A program made the translations under genes and the position numbers. From the IMG/VR virus record IMGVR_UViG_3300028559_000026, positions 12,488-76,487 of that record: a stretch of DNA of 64,000 bases. One strand, given 5' to 3'. This stretch comes from a virus. Shown here one piece after another: positions 38,560 through 46,086 of the stretch; positions within the stretch are counted from its first letter, which is position 1; every line of letters starts with the position of its first letter. The notes under the pieces were generated by a model, which searched no databases, was not told where the DNA came from, and saw only the letters and a list, made by a program, of their open reading frames with translations.

Positions 38560-40574
38560 TATTTGCGCTCCGGCAATGCTGCTGTAAATACCTGTTTACG
38601 TGTCGGTTGTCCATGTCCGCGAATTGCACCTTGCACACTACGCAGTCTGTGTCCCGCTTCTGCAGCCAAATCGGCATCTACACCATTCTTGATGAGGCTG
38701 GCTTCTAGGTGTTTACTGTCTAGCTTGTTAGCCCACTCTATGGCTGCTGGGTGTATTGGGTTTGGTCCAGTATCCACGTTACCCTTGTCGCTTAATTCCC
38801 AATAATGCGGTAGCGACCTAGAGCTGTTTTCAAATAGCATCTCATTATCTATTAGATGTAGTCCATTTTTAGAAAACAGGTAATTATTGGCATGGCGGTC
38901 ATGTGACCCCATCACTGCATCCATAATCCCTAACTTATCCAAATCACCATTACCGGTAAGATTAGAAATTATATTTTTTTGATGCGAAGAGTCGCGAAGT
39001 TTTGAATAATCAGGCCAATGCACATCAGCATGCTCTGCACCATCCACAGCGTTCTGAATAGTGAATCTGTTGTTACCATATATCGACGTAGTGGGATGTG
39101 AAAAAGCTGCTGTGGTTGGTACGTATTGGCCTAGACCAAAGAAGTCTCTAGCCATGTTATGAAAAACAGCCTCGTGTCCATTGCCAGACTCATCATGCTT
39201 CATATACGCCAAACCACCTTTAGGTGAACGGACCCATCCACTTTGTTCTTCATTGATACCAGCCAAAAAGTGTGATGGTTCAGAAGCACGCCAAGTAGCT
39301 GTATCAGCACCATGAATCAAAGCTCTTTGCTCTGGTGATGTATTAAGATGTGCTATGCCGTGCTTATCTGCATCCATCTTAGGTTTGAAAGAATTATTCA
39401 TCCAGACCTCATGGGCATATGCAACATTTTTGAAATGGGTACCCTCTTTGTTCTTAGGCAGCTTGACTACAGTATTTGGCTCCTTGCTTGGAATAGCTAG
39501 GTAATGTGTCTTATTATCCTTGACAATGGTGTATTGCTCGTCTTTTGAGTGTGCAATGCCGGGATGGACGGGCTCACCACGAAAATATATAACCTTAGCT
39601 GCGGGCTTGGCTTGATTATCCATATCATTTTTAAGTAGCATTACCACCTGTTCCATCTTGAACAGAGCCATACTGTCAGTCGATGCAACAATGACTGGTA
39701 CACAGTACAGATGGTAGGCGAGTAGTGATGCGACCAACCCACATTGCTGCCGGACCTCTTCCAGAATTTGAATGAATTTGCTAGACTGTGTACCAACATC
39801 AGCCTTTTCAAGAGTGTTGATGCCATACTTGTCAACAATATGTGCTATCTGGCCCATTACATTGCCATGCAAAGCAGAACCGGATAGCTGTGCATCGTAC
39901 AATGGCCGAATTAGCCTGTCGAGAATGACTGCGGGAAATAGAGCCTGTTCTGGGTCATCCGTTAGCGCTGGATACTTGTTAACCACAAAGTGATATGCCG
40001 GGTGGTCTTCCATCGACATATCATTAGTGCGAGTAGCTTTGTCATCCAGCTCTTGGATAGAATCATAAACAGGCATATTCCCGACACCCAGCATACATAA
40101 TGCCAAGAGTGGGATATTAGGCCATTCCAGTCCGTCTTCCCTAGCTGTCTGGGATAGTTCTGTTAGCTCATTTTGCTTTTGGTCGATTGTTTTGAGCTTG
40201 GCGACATCTGGAATGTGTTTTTCATTTCTCGAAAAAACGGTGTTAGCCTTGTAGTAAGCTCTATTCCATTCTGGAAGTTCACCACCATTAGCACCTTTGA
40301 CAAATACGTCAATGTTGATGGGTTGTGCTAGATCAGTGCCAGTAATAGCATCCATCAAATGACCATAGTTTTTAACCTCTGGTATTGAATTGAAATTTGG
40401 CATAGCGGCAGCTACAAAAGCAGCTTGACGGATAAGATACGGCGAAGACCTACCAAGAGACAGGGCATGGTTAAGTGGAAGCCATTGGGCCATAAATCGA
40501 CCAAACTGCTTCAAATCAGCGCTGTTCAATATAGTGTTGTAGGTATCTACATCGTCGATATTGTAATCATACAT
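38559..40574 (-). CDS. Polyprotein: degenerate HhH-like domain plus HipA/PI-kinase-like domain
   Basis: DAVMGSHDRHANNYLF...LIDNE kinase; N-terminus aligns by eye to the spliced C-terminal domain of the upstream protease gene. Confidence 0.8.
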   Translation of the reverse strand: MYDYNIDDVDTYNTILNSADLKQFGRFMAQWLPLNHALSLGRSSPYLIRQAAFVAAAMPNFNSIPEVKNYGHLMDAITGTDLAQPINIDVFVKGANGGELPEWNRAYYKANTVFSRNEKHIPDVAKLKTIDQKQNELTELSQTAREDGLEWPNIPLLALCMLGVGNMPVYDSIQELDDKATRTNDMSMEDHPAYHFVVNKYPALTDDPEQALFPAVILDRLIRPLYDAQLSGSALHGNVMGQIAHIVDKYGINTLEKADVGTQSSKFIQILEEVRQQCGLVASLLAYHLYCVPVIVASTDSMALFKMEQVVMLLKNDMDNQAKPAAKVIYFRGEPVHPGIAHSKDEQYTIVKDNKTHYLAIPSKEPNTVVKLPKNKEGTHFKNVAYAHEVWMNNSFKPKMDADKHGIAHLNTSPEQRALIHGADTATWRASEPSHFLAGINEEQSGWVRSPKGGLAYMKHDESGNGHEAVFHNMARDFFGLGQYVPTTAAFSHPTTSIYGNNRFTIQNAVDGAEHADVHWPDYSKLRDSSHQKNIISNLTGNGDLDKLGIMDAVMGSHDRHANNYLFSKNGLHLIDNEMLFENSSRSLPHYWELSDKGNVDTGPNPIHPAAIEWANKLDSKHLEASLIKNGVDADLAAEAGHRLRSVQGAIRGHGQPTRKQVFTAALPERK

Positions 40575-43500
40575 TACATACTCCCGCGACCTTCTCTAAT
40601 CCTGGCTTGCTCTAGTAGCTTAGGAATAGCGTAGCGATAATAAAGAGTCAGGGCTGGCATCTCACCATATTGTCTAACCCAATCGGCATGCTGTTTAGCA
40701 GTCTGTGCAGGCACTGTGGTATCAATCTCACTCTTCTTTACATTCAGAAAAGGATTGACAGCTTCCCAATACGGTGTGTGGTCTGTATCGGCATTCATAC
40801 CAAAGGTTTTCATTCCTCTGGCTTCCTCATGTGGAACAATACTCATCCAGTGTTTCCAGAATGCTGGAAATACCGCAGATTCATCGTTGTGAAATAAACC
40901 TGCGTACTTGGGATGATTGCGCATATGCTTAACAGCGTCATGGTGTTTGGCGTAATACCTGTCAATGCCGTTCATAACTTCGGAGTTATTGGGCTCCCAC
41001 AAAACACTCTTTAGATGCTCAATAGTATTAGCATCAGCACCTTTCTCTAGGCCGAATAGATGACGGACAAAATGCGTATCGGGCACAACTGAGTTAGCAC
41101 CACCAAGCATGCCATACATATATCTAGCGGTCTTAGGAGCTAATCCAGGCACATCTGGACCGTTATAGGGGCCGATATCTGGCTTGCCTGCAGAAATAGC
41201 CCTATCACGCTTAGCCTTATGCTTCTGGCTATTCTCTTTATGCAGCATCAGCTCTTGGATAGCTGAGCGGGTATCGTCCTTGTGGCGGTTTACTAGGTCT
41301 ACAAGCGATTGGTGTAGGCCATGGTATTGGGCCATGTTTTTCAGCTTGTTATTAGCAAGCATAAAACTCTGTACTTGTCCAGCGGTGCGACCAACTTTAC
41401 CAGTAGTGGCTGAAACATAAGGCTTGGTACTGCTCTGATATTGGCCGTTAACCAATTTACCAATACGCACGGATGGACCAAGGTTTTCAAAATAAGATCT
41501 TCCAGTCACTGGCAGGGTATCGGGCTTGTCACGGCTAAGCCAATCTGGTCCCACTTCACCTTCAAACTTAGGGCTGGTGGCGTCGATACCCTTATCCTTC
41601 ATGGAATCAACTAGATGGCTATTGCTAGTGATAATGCCGTTAGGCAGTAGGAAGTTGTGCTTTACGTGGGCAACTTCAAGATCGTACATTTGTCGTTGGC
41701 CCACGGGACGCCATCGTACAACGCCCCGACACACCAAATTCCTGGTGTTGGAGATTGGAGAATCCGAGTAAGCCAGATCATGGCACCTTCCTTCATTTTC
41801 TTGGTTCTGCTTGAGAAATTCTCCATCGAGAGACGGATTAGAGTGATATCGCCCCTCCGTAAAGCCTCTTGATTTAGAAGCATGTCCCGGTGCTGGCGAT
41901 ATTGCAGATTTTTCACAGCCGATTCTTTTTCCGAACCTGAAAAAAAATGCCAAAATCCGTCCACTTCTATCCATATGTTTTCGTGGACTAAATCCACCTG
42001 TTTGACAATATCTCCACATTGAATCAGTCCCGATGTCCAACCCAGTTGCCCTTTTAACTCCTCTTCGATATAGGAATGAGAAGAAGCTGAAGTTTGACCA
42101 GCGGCGATAAACTTTCTTGCAATATTCCCGAATTCCTCTGGATGGGTTTCGCGCCATTCCTGGCCCAGAATCGACAATTGGGTATAGTTGTCCCGAAACT
42201 CCTCTGGATGTTCCAGTCTCCACTTCTTGGCCGCCGCTGTTAATTTCATGGCATGCCATTGGACCATGGCTGGATGCCTCTTTTGCCATTTCAGCATTGC
42301 TTGACTGGCCTTCTTTTGGCGCTCCAGAAACTCGTCTCTCTTTTCCACTTCCCATTTGCGAATCCCCACCATCATCAATTCGGGATTCTGTTCTTTCCAT
42401 ATTTTCTGTGCAGCATGGGCTTGTTGAAGTAATGCCTTGGATTTCTCGGGATTCTGAACATGCCATTGCTTTGCCGATTCTACACGGGCTGTGGCGCGTA
42501 TATCCTTGCATGCCTGACACTCTTTCCGATGCGCCTTGAACAGCACTTCTGTCCGAAATGTTTGACCACAACGGCTGTCCCAGCCCGTCGTCCTTGGTTT
42601 TTGTGGCACTAAAAATCTCCAATCCAGAAGCAATTATTTGGGAAATCGGCACCATTCCTTGGGTGGTCAAAAACTTGTGATTTTGAGAACAAACCACACG
42701 ATAACCATCCGAAAACTCGACTTCTATAGCTTCCATAGCGCCGTGGTTGTGGAGTGCTACTACTTCCGTAGTAATAACTTCCCCATTCTGACTTACTCCA
42801 AAAACCTTGTCCCCTGGTAGAAAATTCTTGATTTTCTTGATTGTGTTGTCGCATGTGCTTAAATTTGTGTCCTGATCGAGACAAAACATGATTTCCTGCA
42901 TCGGAACTGGCGTGTTTCCAGTTACGCATACATGACCACTTCTTCTCATAAAGAAAAAGGTGTTAGGCACTACTGGACACCACATACCGACCTTACCTAC
43001 ATATCGACGGATATGTCTCTTGTCTAGCTTAGCGTGCTTCTGTCGTAGCTTAGTAACCCAAAACTGAGTACCATCATGTGTTATCGAGGATGCGTGACCC
43101 AATATAGTGAGAAAAGCCTGCTCGGCATCAGCGCGTTCTTTGCTCTTGGTCACCATGGTTTTGGTATTATACTTACGGGTATAGGCTGCCCACTCCCCAT
43201 CTTTATCAACCACTGCCATATGTTGATACAGACTCGATATATGCGATACGTCTGGGGTAAAGCCATTATCGTCCAGTCGGGATTTGGCAGTGCGATGAAT
43301 TAGGTCTGATGGATTAATAGTTACAGAGGTTTTCTCCTGTACATTATTCCGACCAGACTTAACCAACCAGCGATGGTCAGGCGTAGTGATGGCATGAAAC
43401 GACCTTGACTTAAGCTCGACCAGAGGGCCTTCATAATCCGGGAAGAATCGCAGATCAGTGGGCTTTTGCCATTCCGCCATGCCAGTCTTGGGATTCTTGG

Positions 43501-44860
43501 TTAAAATCCAATCATCCATAGTTAGATCGAAACCCTTGACCCACCCTCGTTTCGTCAGTGCTTCCGTCTCGGCATCCAGGCAGTTAGGGCTAAGTTGTGA
43601 AAACAAAGTACCGTGCATAACCACTTCTGGCGGCAACTGTCCAGCTTTTAGCAATCCATTGACCTTGGACCAATTGTCCATGGCCTTGTCGTGGAAAGCT
43701 GACACCTTGGGATCATTCATAATTTTATCGAACGATTCCTTACCCCTTGCATCAGGATCACGCGAAGGGATGTACATAGGGAAAGAGCCTTGTGGCGTGT
43801 GTAGTACACCAGTGCCCTCATCAAAGAAACTCTTAGAGAGGTGCTGATTGGGCGCTACCTCCTTGCCACGAATGGTTAAATTAGTGCTTGGAGTGGCTGC
43901 AGGCGCTTCTGTGGGCCCTGTTTCCTGTGCTGGTGGTGGAGTGACCACAGCTGGCGGCTTCTTGGCCTTGGGCTTCTTTGCGGGCTCAGCTTTCGCTAGT
44001 GACTTTTTGACCTGATAGTCCTCAGCTAGATCGGCGAAGCGATCCAGAAACGAGTCGTCAGCTTCTGGGAGTCGGGACTTGAGAAGTTCACGAAATTCAG
44101 CTTTTACAAACGGTTTGGAGTAATCCCTAATGGTTGCCAGAACCACACCTTTCATACGCTTCATTACATCCTCCCTTACCAATGGGGATGACGCAGGAGC
44201 GCTCCCGTTTCCAGCAGTCAAAGTCTTAGATAGCACAATTGGATCAAAAGCAACTGTTACCGCACCAAAGGTTTTGATAATATCGCCATTTTCGTTTCTG
44301 GCTAAAATCCCCTCAATTAGAGAGGATGATGCGTCTTTCTTTTTATCTGATTGCGGATCGAAGACTACACCAGATACACATGACTTATTACATGGCTTAA
44401 CAGTACAGGCTACTTTGCGGGCGATGGATCGCTCTAGGCGGTTGCCATTCTTCTTAAGAGTAGAGCCCTCGATACTATAACGGCACAGTATTTTCTCATT
44501 GTTCTTGACGTGATCACGGATTTGTGCTGCTAGTGCGATGGCTCCTGGATGGCCTGAGCCATCATACAGGCGTGACTTAATGTAGATGTATGGCAACTTA
44601 ACCATATTCCAGTAGTTACGCTGTCTCTGGTCCGAGGCGTCTTCCTCTTTGAAAATCTTTTTGGCATAAATGATATGGCCTACATTGTCGTTTGCTGACG
44701 CACCTTTAGCATCCTCGCCTCGGTGTTCCCAATTCAGTAGACCATCGCCATTTTCTAAAGATGAAATATCGCATCCTTCAACATCTAGGATTTCACCACT
44801 AGAGTCAATCGCTTCAGACGCTGCAATACCATCAATTATCATTCCCGTTCCCGTCGTCAT
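40574..44860 (-). CDS. Prohead protease fused to HhH DNA-glycosylase-like domain, with two inteins
   Basis: IDGIAASEAIDSSGEIL, LNWEH, YSIEGS, VACTVKPCN protease motifs; GLAPKTARY...VVPDTH HhH-like motif; two Hint domains. Confidence 0.88.
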   Translation of the reverse strand: MTTGTGMIIDGIAASEAIDSSGEILDVEGCDISSLENGDGLLNWEHRGEDAKGASANDNVGHIIYAKKIFKEEDASDQRQRNYWNMVKLPYIYIKSRLYDGSGHPGAIALAAQIRDHVKNNEKILCRYSIEGSTLKKNGNRLERSIARKVACTVKPCNKSCVSGVVFDPQSDKKKDASSSLIEGILARNENGDIIKTFGAVTVAFDPIVLSKTLTAGNGSAPASSPLVREDVMKRMKGVVLATIRDYSKPFVKAEFRELLKSRLPEADDSFLDRFADLAEDYQVKKSLAKAEPAKKPKAKKPPAVVTPPPAQETGPTEAPAATPSTNLTIRGKEVAPNQHLSKSFFDEGTGVLHTPQGSFPMYIPSRDPDARGKESFDKIMNDPKVSAFHDKAMDNWSKVNGLLKAGQLPPEVVMHGTLFSQLSPNCLDAETEALTKRGWVKGFDLTMDDWILTKNPKTGMAEWQKPTDLRFFPDYEGPLVELKSRSFHAITTPDHRWLVKSGRNNVQEKTSVTINPSDLIHRTAKSRLDDNGFTPDVSHISSLYQHMAVVDKDGEWAAYTRKYNTKTMVTKSKERADAEQAFLTILGHASSITHDGTQFWVTKLRQKHAKLDKRHIRRYVGKVGMWCPVVPNTFFFMRRSGHVCVTGNTPVPMQEIMFCLDQDTNLSTCDNTIKKIKNFLPGDKVFGVSQNGEVITTEVVALHNHGAMEAIEVEFSDGYRVVCSQNHKFLTTQGMVPISQIIASGLEIFSATKTKDDGLGQPLWSNISDRSAVQGASERVSGMQGYTRHSPCRIGKAMACSESREIQGITSTSPCCTENMERTESRIDDGGDSQMGSGKERRVSGAPKEGQSSNAEMAKEASSHGPMACHEINSGGQEVETGTSRGVSGQLYPIVDSGPGMARNPSRGIREYCKKVYRRWSNFSFFSFLYRRGVKRATGLDIGTDSMWRYCQTGGFSPRKHMDRSGRILAFFFRFGKRIGCEKSAISPAPGHASKSRGFTEGRYHSNPSLDGEFLKQNQENEGRCHDLAYSDSPISNTRNLVCRGVVRWRPVGQRQMYDLEVAHVKHNFLLPNGIITSNSHLVDSMKDKGIDATSPKFEGEVGPDWLSRDKPDTLPVTGRSYFENLGPSVRIGKLVNGQYQSSTKPYVSATTGKVGRTAGQVQSFMLANNKLKNMAQYHGLHQSLVDLVNRHKDDTRSAIQELMLHKENSQKHKAKRDRAISAGKPDIGPYNGPDVPGLAPKTARYMYGMLGGANSVVPDTHFVRHLFGLEKGADANTIEHLKSVLWEPNNSEVMNGIDRYYAKHHDAVKHMRNHPKYAGLFHNDESAVFPAFWKHWMSIVPHEEARGMKTFGMNADTDHTPYWEAVNPFLNVKKSEIDTTVPAQTAKQHADWVRQYGEMPALTLYYRYAIPKLLEQARIREGRGSM
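41621..42883 (-). mobile_element. Intein 2 (421 aa) carrying an out-of-frame endonuclease gene
   Basis: F|CLDQDTNL, CSQNHKFLT block B, MYDLEV..KHNFLLPNGIITSN|S. Confidence 0.9.
41662..42609 (-). CDS. Vsr/DUF559-like PD-(D/E)xK endonuclease nested in intein 2 in another frame
   Basis: GGAG (42620-42617)-N7-GTG(42609); W..[EQ][HN]PE helical repeats; SYIEEEL, QVDL, IEVDGFWH, RDMLLN, LIRL. Confidence 0.8.
   Translation of the reverse strand: MPQKPRTTGWDSRCGQTFRTEVLFKAHRKECQACKDIRATARVESAKQWHVQNPEKSKALLQQAHAAQKIWKEQNPELMMVGIRKWEVEKRDEFLERQKKASQAMLKWQKRHPAMVQWHAMKLTAAAKKWRLEHPEEFRDNYTQLSILGQEWRETHPEEFGNIARKFIAAGQTSASSHSYIEEELKGQLGWTSGLIQCGDIVKQVDLVHENIWIEVDGFWHFFSGSEKESAVKNLQYRQHRDMLLNQEALRRGDITLIRLSMENFSSRTKKMKEGAMIWLTRILQSPTPGIWCVGALYDGVPWANDKCTILKLPT
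42914..43582 (-). mobile_element. Intein 1 (223 aa) with degenerate LAGLIDADG remnant
   Basis: N|CLDAETEALTKRGW, TPDHRW block B, MWCPVVPNTFF...VTGN|T. Confidence 0.9.
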
Positions 44861-44867
44861 GTTGAGT

Positions 44868-44872
44868 AGATT
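44868..44872 (-). promoter_or_regulatory. AATCT late-promoter-like motif
   Basis: AATCT-N7-ATG(44860). Confidence 0.65.
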
Positions 44873-44888
44873 AGGCGGGACAAAGGAT

Positions 44889-45053
44889 TTATCGGACGGG
44901 CGGTTTGCGTAGTTCTTCTAGAATTAGATCTGCATCGTCTTGTACGTCTTTAGCAGCTTTCTCAATAACTGGTATCTCTTCTGCTGCATTCTTAGCTCTT
45001 TTGCTTTTCAATGCTGCCCATAAGTCTTTAATAATATCTAATAGAGCACCCAT
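44889..45053 (-). CDS. 54 aa hypothetical protein (below ORF-track cutoff)
   Basis: MGALLDIIKDLWAALKSKRAKNAAEE...; starts right after the lipoprotein stop. Confidence 0.55.
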   Translation of the reverse strand: MGALLDIIKDLWAALKSKRAKNAAEEIPVIEKAAKDVQDDADLILEELRKPPVR

Positions 45054-45356
45054 TTACCATCTCCCACATGCGGTATTGGCAAGTACCAATCGGCCAGCAG
45101 CTTCTGCTTCAAGGTCGATACCAACCTCACCAACTGCTTGTTGCTTTTTAGCTGCCAGAATAGCTGTGATAGCTGCTGTAGCAGTGGTAGAGCAACCACC
45201 AGCTTCTTTGCATAGACCGTTATTCTTCTTACAGTCCAGTGCAGCTCTATGCACCTTATTCTGCAATCTGTTGACTTGCGAAATGGTACTGACACATCCA
45301 GACAGCAATACACAAAACACAATAGCTGATAGCAACTTACTGATTAGAGTATTCAT
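45054..45356 (-). CDS. Lipoprotein
   Basis: Signal peptide with lipobox LLSG|C. Confidence 0.7.
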   Translation of the reverse strand: MNTLISKLLSAIVFCVLLSGCVSTISQVNRLQNKVHRAALDCKKNNGLCKEAGGCSTTATAAITAILAAKKQQAVGEVGIDLEAEAAGRLVLANTACGRW

Positions 45357-46086
45357 CGTGGTCCTTTTTAATAAAGGTTACTCGCCCGTCGTCGCCAAAG
45401 CCATATCCAGGCAGGAGCATGACTAATGAACAACGGCAGTATGGATGAAGACCGCTAACGCTAGGTTTATTATCGCCTTTCTTGTGATATCCGTGTTGTA
45501 GATCGCTCATTTTCCAGACAATTGGCTTGCCATCAGGGCGAAGGTGTAATCGACGACATTCTTTGCACATAAACCCATCACGAACAGTGACAAAGTATAC
45601 TGATGGGTCGTCGATGTTCATTGATGAACTAACTTTGACAATGCCGTCCAAAGTACCAGTATTTCGAGCAGTGGTGCTTTCAGTGTCGATAATGCGCTTG
45701 ACTGCATCAGAAGTTTTAGCAAAGATTTCCACCAATTGTCCACCTAGCAAGGTATTTGGATTGCCTTCAGGATTGGTCCTAACGAAATTTTCAATCGTTT
45801 TGACTACAACAGCCTTAGCTGTATCCCGTTGTGAATTGATATGATTTTCAGCTATACTCATCACTGAATTTAGCAGTTCTTTATCTGGGGACGTATTGCC
45901 CTCGTTTACTGATGAGGAAACATACAAATTGGGCAAGGAAAACTGCATACCAACCTGTTTCCTGGTCAGTCTCAGAGAATCGGATTTATCTGCTGGCTTG
46001 CCTAAGAACTTATCCTTAAGGCGAGAAAACACAGCATCAATACCTTTCTCTATTTTAGAGATTTGGGCTGGTGATAGAACTTTCAT
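45337..46086 (-). CDS. MuF / gp7-like head morphogenesis protein
   Basis: RIIDTE, CKEC, LHPYCRC; directly after portal. Confidence 0.85.
   Translation of the reverse strand: MKVLSPAQISKIEKGIDAVFSRLKDKFLGKPADKSDSLRLTRKQVGMQFSLPNLYVSSSVNEGNTSPDKELLNSVMSIAENHINSQRDTAKAVVVKTIENFVRTNPEGNPNTLLGGQLVEIFAKTSDAVKRIIDTESTTARNTGTLDGIVKVSSSMNIDDPSVYFVTVRDGFMCKECRRLHLRPDGKPIVWKMSDLQHGYHKKGDNKPSVSGLHPYCRCSLVMLLPGYGFGDDGRVTFIKKDHDEYSNQ

Noticed and set aside
42117-42929. Other ORFs overlapping intein 2 (42117-42539 +, 42609-42929 -, 42638-42820 +)
   Set aside because: No motifs or SD; unlike 41662-42609 they do not look like proteins
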